From an uncultured Bacteroidaceae bacterium (GTDB taxonomy: Bacteria; Bacteroidota; Bacteroidia; Bacteroidales; SM23-62), in assembly GCA_963777115.1 (NCBI GenBank), contig CAVZPP010000002.1:841741-905740 (forward strand): DNA of 64,000 nucleotides, read 5' to 3'. Positions 53,641-62,470 of the stretch are shown here, one piece after another; positions within the stretch are counted from its first letter, which is position 1; each line of letters begins with the position of its first letter. Made by a program: the position numbers and the translations under genes. The notes under the pieces are model-generated. The model saw only the letters and a list, made by a program, of their open reading frames with translations, made no database searches and had not been told where the DNA came from.

Positions 53641-53793
53641 CTATTTACCCTTTTTTTCTTCAGGAGGGCCATGTAACCGGATTTCACGGTTCTGTAACCA
53701 TTCTTCCTTCGCCTGTTCACTGTCCCTGTCTTCATCTATCAAGATCCATGTCAATGGAGCCTTAAGGACGAGAACTTTTTTTTGTGGTTTCAT
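53641..53793 (-). CDS. 50-aa microprotein, copy 1 (MKPQKKVLVLKAPLTWILIDEDRDSEQAKEEWLQNRE...)
   Basis: Intact paralogue of identical length at 56923-57075. Confidence 0.7.
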   Translation of the reverse strand: MKPQKKVLVLKAPLTWILIDEDRDSEQAKEEWLQNREIRLHGPPEEKKGK

Positions 53794-53865
53794 GCTTATG
53801 TTGTTTTTTCTGTGAGCAAATTCCAAAACCGTCAACACTCCTGTCAACAGCATGCGAAAAAGGTC

Positions 53866-54024
53866 TTGCAGATCATTAACCTGTTGGCTTCTGGCTGGAC
53901 TGAGGAACAATTACTTGAAAACTATCCAAGATTAGATAAGTCAAAAATCCAAGCCATATTTTTATACATTAAGGACTGTATGCGAGATGGTTTAATGTTT
54001 AATGAACCTCTCAAGTCTGCATAA
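53866..54024 (+). pseudogene. 5'-truncated DUF433 antitoxin
   Basis: IINLLASGWTEEQLLENYPRL...IQA matches the DUF433 C-terminal half; the N-terminal GKP..KGTRI part is missing; TAATG coupling to the next gene. Confidence 0.75.
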
Positions 54025-54362
54025 TGAAACTTCTCGCAAACGAGAACTTTCCGCTTAAAAGCATTGAGGTCATTTCCTCGGCCGGCTTCGACATCATTGG
54101 AATAGGCATTGATAATTACGGTATCCGTGATGATGAAGTTATTGCCTTAGCTGAAAAGTAAAAAAGAACGATTATAACTTTTGATAAAGATTACGGAGAA
54201 TTAATATTCAAAAGAGGATTACAACCAGCAGGAGGTGTAATTTATCTAAGATGGGATGACTTTACTCCTAGTGAACCAGGAGAATATCTCATAGAACTCT
54301 TCAAATCGAAGGATATTCATCTTCAAAATCATGAACAATACCCTCAAATTCAGTTTCTGTAA
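54024..54362 (+). pseudogene. DUF5615 PIN-like toxin with an in-frame stop (absent from the ORF track)
   Basis: MKLLANENFP...DDEVIALAEK*KRTIITFDKDYGELIF...GVIYLR; TAA at 54159-54161. Confidence 0.8.
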
Positions 54363-55008
54363 AGTCCTCTTCATTCACCCAATAGTCTGAAGTTATAATT
54401 GAGATGGTTCCATCATCTGATTGTTCCATTTCCCAGATTATATTCTCTGCCTCAGTGAATTCAACCTTCCCCTCCAATTGCTCGGGAAATAGCCTCCGGA
54501 CCAGATTTCTTTCTCTCAATCCAATACTCATGGCCTTGAGGACATTATCCTTGCCAATATCCACTCTGGTATTTTGCTGAAATTGTATTCCCATGGTCAC
54601 TTTACTAGCTTTGGCATTTGGGAAACTACTACTGAATGCCTTATAGAGCAGCTGATTTATGTTAAACAATGAATAGTGTAATGCGATATCAGAATATTCT
54701 TCAGCAACATTATCATCCCTCATTTCAGTAGCGAGATTCTTTATCTGCCCCTTTGTCAATATGCCAGCCAGTTTGTAAGTCAAAATAATCTCAGCAGCTT
54801 CATGGGATTCAAATTCACCTATCGCCATTAAAAATAATTCTAGCAATTCCTCCTGAGCAGCTTCCTCAGCTTCAGGGAAGCCAAGTCGATCCAATAATTC
54901 AATATAATCTTCCTTTGACCATGCCCCTTCAATTTCATGAATGGTTTCGATATCCGTGATCTTAACTTTACACCTCATTACGGTAATGTTTATTGTTTTT
55001 GTCAACAT
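54301..55008 (-). CDS. Hypothetical acidic protein
   Basis: 235-aa clean ORF; no family recognised. Confidence 0.7.
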   Translation of the reverse strand: MLTKTINITVMRCKVKITDIETIHEIEGAWSKEDYIELLDRLGFPEAEEAAQEELLELFLMAIGEFESHEAAEIILTYKLAGILTKGQIKNLATEMRDDNVAEEYSDIALHYSLFNINQLLYKAFSSSFPNAKASKVTMGIQFQQNTRVDIGKDNVLKAMSIGLRERNLVRRLFPEQLEGKVEFTEAENIIWEMEQSDDGTISIITSDYWVNEEDFTETEFEGIVHDFEDEYPSI

Positions 55009-55208
55009 ACTCTGTTTTTTTGACTTTAGTATTGAATTCGGTCACGACTCCATGGTTTGTATAATCCAATTCCTACGAGCTAGAATTGATCTATTTTCAA
55101 AACATTAAATATTTTTAAGGGAGATTACCTCATCCCTTTACCGAATTAATCACCGCTAATAAAGGTGTGAGACCGCAATCTAAAGAATGGCAGAACACAT
55201 CGTAATGA

Positions 55209-55394
55209 GGCTGCAGGGAATGGATAGCGGACCTCACATTTCGGCTAGGGAAAGGGTCTTGCAGGGATCTGGCGGGAATAGCTATTCAACTATTCAGGTT
55301 TATGGGTATTGCATCAAGGTTCGTTAGTGGTAGCGTCTGTGGGGAAGCTACCTCAAGGCTTACCACCAGACTATCTATTGAAATTGTAGGATAG
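55209..55394 (+). pseudogene. Transglutaminase-like domain relic (absent from the ORF track)
   Basis: Frame 3 reads LTFRLGKGSCRDLAGIAIQLFRFMGIASRFVSG, matching the GsCrDxA...RxxGxxaRfVsG core; bounded by stops with no start codon upstream of the core. Confidence 0.72.
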
Positions 55395-55471
55395 AAAAGT
55401 TAGAAGCAGGAGTTTCTATCCTGATGAAATGTAGCCGTCTGCCGAAGTTCACATAAAAAGTTGATGAGCCT

Positions 55472-56101
55472 CTATTTAGGTATTAATCCCAGATTGCGTA
55501 GTTCTTTAAATAGCTTCTTTGCAAAACTACCCAGGCTTGAATTCATTGCCTCTTGCTCGAATGCATAGGAGCGTCCTGACCAAATCAATCTGCCTTCTTC
55601 AAGTTCGAATAAGTTTACTTCCAGGAAATACTTGATATCCTGAACTTCATAACCGCCTGTGTGTACGAGTGCATAGGTTCTCGTGTAGTAATTCCCGAAG
55701 CGATTGTAATAAATCAGTGGTTCATAAGTACTGGAAGGCGGTATATATCGCTTGGCGCTGGTTCCGATAAGAGTTACAGTAATTAATCCGTCAAAGCCCT
55801 TACTCCTCAGATTCGCTCTGGTCTGCTCAAAATCAACAATTGGTTTTCCCAATTCAGGAGGAAACATTAGTATGCCCTCCACTGCTAACAGACCTTTTTT
55901 ATGCGCAGCCTTTGCCAGTTCTCCTTCAATCTTATCCCGTGTTAATAGATCTTCATTGAGTCCCAATACAATGATTTTCTTGAATTGAGTGGCAGGTATA
56001 TCTTCTGTACTCCATGTTCTCAGTTGAGCCTGCAAGACCAGAGTCGCCAGTGGTGTAAAACTTAACAGGATCATTGCACTAAATAATCGGATTATTCTCA
56101 T
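55472..56101 (-). CDS. Secreted DUF4136-like protein
   Basis: Signal peptide; KKIIVLG...R...E, Tyr-rich loop and LEVNLF....LIWSG.S. Confidence 0.65.
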   Translation of the reverse strand: MRIIRLFSAMILLSFTPLATLVLQAQLRTWSTEDIPATQFKKIIVLGLNEDLLTRDKIEGELAKAAHKKGLLAVEGILMFPPELGKPIVDFEQTRANLRSKGFDGLITVTLIGTSAKRYIPPSSTYEPLIYYNRFGNYYTRTYALVHTGGYEVQDIKYFLEVNLFELEEGRLIWSGRSYAFEQEAMNSSLGSFAKKLFKELRNLGLIPK

Positions 56102-56312
56102 GCTTGTATTATTTATTTTGCGTAATCTCTTAAAGAAACGGAAATATAAGTAGTATTCCTATACTTGCATATTCTCCGAACCCTAAACTCACAAATTATG
56201 AAACTGATTACAATAATGAACTTCCTAATACAAGTCCGGTAGTCTATACTGCATTAGAATTTTAAGGACGAAAATTTGATTAGATTTACAATAAATTCAA
56301 AAATATACAATT

Positions 56313-56786
56313 ATGGGAACTACATTAATCGAACCGCATATTCTCAAGGCAGAAGCACATAAGGTTGCTATCAAAAATCTGGAGGAAAACCTTGATGAGG
56401 TAAATCAGCTCATCGCAAATAAACGCGATGATGAAGATGGGATCTCTCAAGGTGAGATTGAGCCCGAAACCTTGTCTCACAACACTGAAGATCAAGATAT
56501 CGTCCTGGCAATGCAACAAAAAGCTATTTCTATAAAGGCCCAGATCAAACTTATCGATGGGTACAAAAGTGCTAAACCAACTGCAATTGTCGATCCAGGT
56601 TCACTGGTATTCGTTCAGGATCAAGTATTTTATGTGTCAACTAGTGTTGAAAGCTTCAACCATAAAGGCTATAAAATCACATGCATTTCTATACAAGCAC
56701 CAATTTACACAGTGATGAAAGGATTGACAACTGGAAATACTTTTGACTATAAGGGAAAAAGTTACACGATCAAAAAGATTGCATAA
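56313..56786 (+). CDS. GreA/GreB-like protein
   Basis: N-terminal coiled coil; C-terminal V..GSLV, IS..APIY..M.G...G..F pattern. Confidence 0.6.
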   Translation: MGTTLIEPHILKAEAHKVAIKNLEENLDEVNQLIANKRDDEDGISQGEIEPETLSHNTEDQDIVLAMQQKAISIKAQIKLIDGYKSAKPTAIVDPGSLVFVQDQVFYVSTSVESFNHKGYKITCISIQAPIYTVMKGLTTGNTFDYKGKSYTIKKIA

Positions 56787-56827
56787 CAGGTTAAGCGGCT
56801 GTTTACTAACGACCTACTGACTCTCAT

Positions 56828-56905
56828 AACCGTCAACCCTCCCATCAACGCATACAAAAAAGGCCTCACAGATTATTGATTTACAAGTCCTTGCGGTGTT
56901 AAGAC
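56828..56905 (-). repeat. Hairpin/att-like motif (related copies at about 53537-53610, 53827-53880 and 57108-57185)
   Basis: Minus strand reads GTCTTAACACCGC, a stem-loop, a T run, then GTTGATGG..GTTGACGG tandem boxes. Confidence 0.65.
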
Positions 56906-56922
56906 TCAATCTGATTGTGGAG

Positions 56923-57075
56923 CTATTTTTTATCTTTTACTTCCTTGGGCGGATTTAGCCGGAGTTCACGGTTCTGTAACCATTTTTCCTTTGCTTCTTC
57001 ACTGTCCCTGTCTTCATTTATCAAGATATATGTCAATGGGGCCTTAAGGACGAGAACTCTTTTTTGTGGTTTCAT
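56923..57075 (-). CDS. 50-aa microprotein, copy 2 (MKPQKRVLVLKAPLTYILINEDRDSEEAKEKWLQNRE...), absent from the ORF track
   Basis: 34 of the first 40 aa identical to copy 1; same length. Confidence 0.7.
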   Translation of the reverse strand: MKPQKRVLVLKAPLTYILINEDRDSEEAKEKWLQNRELRLNPPKEVKDKK

Positions 57076-57178
57076 ACTTCTGCTGTTTTAATAGTGAGCT
57101 AGATCCAAAACGTCACCAGGATCATCAATGTCCATAAGAAAAACCCCGTAAAGCGCTAGCCTACAGGGGTTTGGGGTA

Positions 57179-57316
57179 TTAAGACGTGGTACCAGCTACA
57201 CCACCAATATTTTTACGGATTTTTGTCGATTTTATCGCATAGCGATAATAATTCGGCGTCAGAGTCCCGATTTCTTTACTTATGACTGGCACATAAATTT
57301 GGGAGGGGTCCAACAT
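57179..57316 (-). CDS. Putative 45-aa short ORF ending KSTKIRKNIGGVAGTTS* across the direct repeat
   Basis: Open frame; related copies near 51971-52021 and 48818-48836 include third-position synonymous differences. Confidence 0.4.
   Translation of the reverse strand: MLDPSQIYVPVISKEIGTLTPNYYRYAIKSTKIRKNIGGVAGTTS
57181..57204. repeat. 24-bp direct repeat, copy 2
   Basis: Identical to 51971-51994. Confidence 0.9.
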
Positions 57317-57392
57317 CTTAGAATTAGCTAAAATGTCTAATCTTACACTGTCCTATTTTCAGGTAAGGCTACAGTGCAACTTGTTCACCAAT

Positions 57393-58325
57393 TCAATCCT
57401 TTTTCTCCAGGTATTTAATTAAATATTCCTTTAACTTTTCATTTCTTTTAGGATCGTTATTAAATTCAGCAAGTAGATCAACATCATTTGCGATGATTTC
57501 TTGTATTTTGTTATTGTTTAATTTGATAACTTCTCCAGTATTGGCAACCATTATTTGTCTAACAAGTTCGTATAGAGTAGTCGGAACATTTCCAATAAAT
57601 ATCGTTGTTGACCGTCTGTCTTCAAAATAGTAATACGGTCCAAGGCATTCAATTTGAACAAATTCTGTTCTTGGGCCAAGGCTCGGCGTTTTTACATTTA
57701 TATATGCATTATTACCATCACAAAATCCGAATACCTTTCCAATAGAATTACCTTCATTTCTATCAGTATTAAGTCTGTAATATGGAATCATACCAGAAGA
57801 CCTTAAATCTCCATATTTGCGCATTTTTTTGGAGATCTGATAATTGAATTCTATAGAAGGTTTGTTCTGATAGAATTCCTCAAAGTTTTTATATATTCCA
57901 GCTTTCAAACCTGTATAGTTCTGAAGATATATGGCTAAAAGAATACATGCTTCTTTCTTTGTGCCAAAATCGAGTGAAATGTTATATTTACCAGTTTCAG
58001 TAGCCGTGAACAGGTAAGTAGAATAGTTTTCTTTCTGATTGAATTCAGTTACATAATCCTTTATTGTATTGCCACTGATCCCTTCTAATTTCAGGGAGGG
58101 AATCGAAGAATTTGGATTCAATAAGTATATGGCATATCTGCTATCTTTTTCAAGTATCATTGATGCATTGGCACCGGATTCATTATTTAATTCCTGGTGT
58201 TTTAGATATTCCCCTTTGCAATATTTATCCAAAATCGCCTTGTGGTTTATTCCACATTGAGCAGAAACCATTGCTTGAAGAACAAGCATTATGATTAATG
58301 AGGTTATGTGTCTTTTCATCTTCAA
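57393..58325 (-). CDS. Secreted two-domain hypothetical protein
   Basis: Signal peptide (VSAQ); second domain starts GIYKNFEEFYQNKPS; follows fecR after 4 bp. Confidence 0.75.
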   Translation of the reverse strand: MKMKRHITSLIIMLVLQAMVSAQCGINHKAILDKYCKGEYLKHQELNNESGANASMILEKDSRYAIYLLNPNSSIPSLKLEGISGNTIKDYVTEFNQKENYSTYLFTATETGKYNISLDFGTKKEACILLAIYLQNYTGLKAGIYKNFEEFYQNKPSIEFNYQISKKMRKYGDLRSSGMIPYYRLNTDRNEGNSIGKVFGFCDGNNAYINVKTPSLGPRTEFVQIECLGPYYYFEDRRSTTIFIGNVPTTLYELVRQIMVANTGEVIKLNNNKIQEIIANDVDLLAEFNNDPKRNEKLKEYLIKYLEKKD

Positions 58326-58329
58326 GTTT

Positions 58330-59244
58330 TTAGTTTTCTAAACAACCTTTCCCAGAAACTGTAATCAGATCGCCGGTTTTTATAATTGTAAAATTTAAAT
58401 CTGACTGAATTTGATTTAATACTAGATCAATAGGTTTCTGTTTAAAAGTACCTGAGAATAAGCAATAAGCTACTGAAACATCTTCGAGTTCAATTTTGAT
58501 ATCATAGTATTTAGCAAGTATATCTGATACTGTTGCAATAGGAAGTTCATCAAATACCAATTCTCCTGTTTTCCAGGCCAAATAATTATCATTTATATTT
58601 TCAGAAGCATATACCAATTTTCGTGACTTATGTACTGAACAATAGTTACCCTGAGTTACCAGTAGAGACAACCCCTGATGGTAGCTTTCGTCAGTAACAG
58701 TTAAAGCACCCGATTTTACGGTGATGTCAATGTTTTCCTCATCCGGAAAGGCTTTGATATTAAATGAGGTTTGTGTTTCTGCATAGACTATGGCATTATG
58801 GGCTTTAATTACATATCTTTTACTTTTGAGATCATGAATTTCTATAAAAACTTCACCTTTCACTGATACTTCATATTGTTCTTTGTCCATAGAAGTGGGA
58901 TATTCAACCGAGCTGTTCTTGTTCAGCCAGACAGTATTGTTGTCAGGTAATGTTACTTCCCTAATTTTTGTTGTTAGATTATTAATTGATATAGTTTTAT
59001 TTGCAGCATTCTGATTATAGATAAACAAAAGAAAAATCATTACAAATACAGCTGCAGCTGAGCTCAGGTATAATTGCAGCTTTTTTATTTTTGCCTTATC
59101 TGAGTGATATTGTTTCTGGTATTCTAACCAGCCAATCTTACTATTCCAGTCAACCTCAGCTGGTAAATCATGAATTTGATTTATCTTTTCACTAAATAGG
59201 CTATCTATAGTAATATTGGATTTCATTTTGAGTTTATTTCTCAA
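58330..59244 (-). CDS. FecR family anti-sigma factor
   Basis: TM helix; LPDNNTVWLNKNSSVEYP, GEVF and AWKTGELVF motifs. Confidence 0.9.
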   Translation of the reverse strand: MRNKLKMKSNITIDSLFSEKINQIHDLPAEVDWNSKIGWLEYQKQYHSDKAKIKKLQLYLSSAAAVFVMIFLLFIYNQNAANKTISINNLTTKIREVTLPDNNTVWLNKNSSVEYPTSMDKEQYEVSVKGEVFIEIHDLKSKRYVIKAHNAIVYAETQTSFNIKAFPDEENIDITVKSGALTVTDESYHQGLSLLVTQGNYCSVHKSRKLVYASENINDNYLAWKTGELVFDELPIATVSDILAKYYDIKIELEDVSVAYCLFSGTFKQKPIDLVLNQIQSDLNFTIIKTGDLITVSGKGCLEN

Positions 59245-59764
59245 TTTGATTTGAAAGATTTTGCTGCAATACTTTTCTTGCTCTCATTAAATATACTCTC
59301 GAACTGCTTTCTTTAATGTTTAATTTTCTAGCGATTTCTTTATGAGTGTACCCATCTAAGGCATATAAATTGAATACTGTTCGTAAATCCAGAGGTAATT
59401 TTCTGATTAGATAATAATAATCTTCTAAAAGCAGATTGTTTTCCAGGATATTCTCATTGCTCACAAAATTCAGTTTAGTTTCTTCTGTTTCATTGTATAC
59501 AACCTTATGTCTCAAAAAAATGAGTGCTTCATTAATTACAATTTTGTTCATCCATGCGATCAGACTTATCTCATTATTGTAATTGAATCTTTCAATAGCG
59601 TTAAATATTTTATAGAAACTTATATTTACAATGCTCCCCGCATCCTGTTCATTATTTACATATCTGTATGTTAACCTGAACATCTGAACTGAAAATCTTT
59701 TATAAAACTCTTCCTGAGCTCTCCTCTTCTTTTGTTTTATCTGTTCAATTAGTCTTTCAGTCAT
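59234..59764 (-). CDS. ECF RNA polymerase sigma-70 factor
   Basis: Region 2 (FYKIF..W..KIVINEA) and region 4 (RTVFNLYALDGYTHKEIA). Confidence 0.92.
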   Translation of the reverse strand: MTERLIEQIKQKKRRAQEEFYKRFSVQMFRLTYRYVNNEQDAGSIVNISFYKIFNAIERFNYNNEISLIAWMNKIVINEALIFLRHKVVYNETEETKLNFVSNENILENNLLLEDYYYLIRKLPLDLRTVFNLYALDGYTHKEIARKLNIKESSSRVYLMRARKVLQQNLSNQIEK

Positions 59765-60044
59765 ATTATTAATATGCTGTTATTGTATAAATGCACTAAA
59801 TGTTATAATCGTTACAAAAAATGTGCTGTTTTAAAGTATTTCAGAATATTGGATCACTCGAAACCCCGCCAATTTCTATGTATCCTTGATCACTGTTAAC
59901 TTCTATTAAGGGTATATGAATTCCCTGCTGAAAAACTATTATTATCCTAAATCTATTAGGAAGGGATCCTCTAAAACAATTTCGTTTTTGCGGTCAGATA
60001 GTATGTACAACAGCAGGTATGCTTTCTAATCTTAATCTATAATT

Positions 60045-60989
60045 CTAATTCTGGTCCGCTAATAACCTTCTTCCCCGTTTTTGTTTTGAGTTTTTTCTCC
60101 AGGATGCTTTAACCAGTTGCCTGGATTTTATTGCTTGTTTCATTATTAATACAGCTATTATAACTTGAATAATTAATGATAAATAAGATATCTCCACTCC
60201 ATATTCTCCACCTGTTAACCATTCTGGTCCGGTTATTTTTGCAGTTATAAATCCGTCTTGAACCATACCAGAATTGTTAATGCCAAATACTCCTGTTTGA
60301 AAAAAATTCCAACCAAAATGAAGCCCCCAAATCATCCAGATTCTTCTCGTCAGGATAAAGGGTGCTAATAGAAGAATATGTGCAATGGCTGTATATAATG
60401 AACTCAGAACTGTAGCATTATAATTTCCATAATGCATGAAACCGAAAAGAAGTGATGTAACAATAATAGAAACTACTGACCCTGCAAACTCTTCAACCAA
60501 TTTATACAGAATGATAGTGAAAATCAGTTCTTCAATAAAAGCTCCGATGCTGTATCTAAAAATACTTGTAACTAAAACGAAAGGTGAATTAATATGTTCT
60601 ACATGATAAAATCCAGAAACAGAAAGCATAAGAACAATAAAAATGATAATTCCACCACCAATCGTTAGTCCTGAAGCGTATTCATAAATCCACTTCTTTG
60701 AATTAAATTCAAGTGGTTCTCTACTCTCAACATATTTGGTATACAATGAATAAGAATAATACAGGAGAATGATAAAAATAATAGTTTCGGAAAAATATAA
60801 TATGCTGTTATATGGCTCCGAAATACCTTCCAATAAGTATTTGACAAAAATGATATGAAGGATAATAACCGGAGTAATAAATAGAAGTACTATTGAAATT
60901 CTGACCAGAGGGAATAGTAAAATCTTTAAAAATGGGGCATTGGGGAAATTCTGTATACTGATCTGGCTTTGAGATATTTTTGTGATCAT
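60045..60989 (-). CDS. CPBP (CAAX protease/Abi) intramembrane metalloprotease
   Basis: EELIF, FGFMH, H..WNF and LTGGEYGVE motifs. Confidence 0.9.
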   Translation of the reverse strand: MITKISQSQISIQNFPNAPFLKILLFPLVRISIVLLFITPVIILHIIFVKYLLEGISEPYNSILYFSETIIFIILLYYSYSLYTKYVESREPLEFNSKKWIYEYASGLTIGGGIIIFIVLMLSVSGFYHVEHINSPFVLVTSIFRYSIGAFIEELIFTIILYKLVEEFAGSVVSIIVTSLLFGFMHYGNYNATVLSSLYTAIAHILLLAPFILTRRIWMIWGLHFGWNFFQTGVFGINNSGMVQDGFITAKITGPEWLTGGEYGVEISYLSLIIQVIIAVLIMKQAIKSRQLVKASWRKNSKQKRGRRLLADQN

Positions 60990-61003
60990 GATCTCTTGTT
61001 TTA

Positions 61004-62293
61004 TTATTCGTAAAGTTTTATTTGTTCAATATTTTTCCAGGGAATGTAGATCGGCTCGCCGCTGTTAAAGACCAATAAACCATCGTTTAGGTCGTTCACA
61101 TCAGGAGTATTCCAAAGGAGCAGATTTTGATTATTTCTAAGTTTTACAACAGTATGTTGCTCGTTTTTTGGGAAAATTGATTGTATATTCTGAAATGAGA
61201 TTGCATAAAAAGCTCCTGCTAAATCATATCCAAATAAATATTCAATGTTTCTTTCTTTATATAGATTATACACGAAAATTCCTGTATGTGAAATACCACT
61301 TTTGGTAGTAATTTCTCCTCTAAGTTTTTGGGGGTAGGTTACATTTATTAGACTTGCAAATTCATTATCAGGTAACTCCTCGAAGTACACTTCCCTAAAA
61401 TCAGTCCATTTAAACGATATTTTACCTATAGAATCTTGCTTAACTTCTATGCCCGCATTTTCTCTTCCAATATCATTACCAAAGTCTGAGAATAATTCAA
61501 CCCAATCGCTGCTTGCATTAATTATATCTCCAGAACTTAGTTTGACAATAGCTTGATCACCAATTCTTGAAATATTTGTAACTTCTTTAAAAGGAATTGA
61601 AAACCGACCTTCTTTGGTTCTCCCGTTTAGCAGATGATTAGTATGCTTCTCCTGATAATCCCAGTTTATAATGCCCTTAAAGGTTGTGAATTCCGTTTTC
61701 ACCTGTCCATACAGAGGTATTCCAGGCTCTTGTACTGAAAAATTCGGATTGTGCTTGAACTCAATTTCTTTGATGTTCCTCCATTTGATTTTTATTGGAT
61801 ATTCATTTGATTCGAGATAAATTGAAACATCATAATCCAGATCGCCGGTATTGTCTACAAGTTGTATTATTTCCTGATTTTGAAGCTCCAAATAGACCTT
61901 ATCACCCTTTCTTTCGATTTTGTTGAGGGCACTGTAATCACAGTTAAAGTCAGGCTGAAAATCTTTTAACACATTTTCTCGGATCGGTATTCCTACGATC
62001 CATTTTACTGATTTCTTATTATAATTATTTCTTGTCTTGAGTATTTGTTCTGGCACATACCTGGCATATTTATTTGAAACCAATGTCCCACAGAACAGAT
62101 TAGTCCACATAATATCATTGTTACCAAGTTCTAATAATCCATAATATACATTATTCCCATTGGTGATTACTTTTGCAGTTATAAAACTGGATGAACAAGA
62201 ATCTAAATTCTCCTCCTGATAATTGGTTGTACCAAATGTGTTAACAATGATTAGCCCTAATATCGTCAGTGACATATGCATTATAATTATCAA
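61004..62293 (-). CDS. Secreted hypothetical protein with three internal repeats
   Basis: N-terminal hydrophobic segment; three units of about 125-150 aa, each ending in a [KP]W..[IF]....[FL] motif. Confidence 0.75.
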   Translation of the reverse strand: MIIIMHMSLTILGLIIVNTFGTTNYQEENLDSCSSSFITAKVITNGNNVYYGLLELGNNDIMWTNLFCGTLVSNKYARYVPEQILKTRNNYNKKSVKWIVGIPIRENVLKDFQPDFNCDYSALNKIERKGDKVYLELQNQEIIQLVDNTGDLDYDVSIYLESNEYPIKIKWRNIKEIEFKHNPNFSVQEPGIPLYGQVKTEFTTFKGIINWDYQEKHTNHLLNGRTKEGRFSIPFKEVTNISRIGDQAIVKLSSGDIINASSDWVELFSDFGNDIGRENAGIEVKQDSIGKISFKWTDFREVYFEELPDNEFASLINVTYPQKLRGEITTKSGISHTGIFVYNLYKERNIEYLFGYDLAGAFYAISFQNIQSIFPKNEQHTVVKLRNNQNLLLWNTPDVNDLNDGLLVFNSGEPIYIPWKNIEQIKLYE

Positions 62294-62470
62294 CTAATTT
62301 TTACTTTAGATATAAAATTGACTCCATTGAGGAGATGAAAAAAATTAATCCTTTGTATTGCCATTTATATTTGACGAACACACTAAATCGGATAATAAGA
62401 TCGGTTCACATAAAATATTTGCTTTATACATGGTTTATTGTGTTTCTTTAGTTCCTGAAAAGATGAAATT

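Noticed and set aside
53641-53910. 89-aa track ORF and the N-terminus of the 80-aa ORF at 53782
   Set aside because: The extensions read through the non-coding repeat motif. The paralogue fixes the microprotein start at 53793, and the DUF433 match starts only near 53866.
55385-55450. CTGATGA after a 10-bp hairpin, suggesting a hammerhead ribozyme
   Set aside because: No pairing stem II, no GAAA, and the NUH register does not fit. The upstream DNA is explained by the transglutaminase relic.
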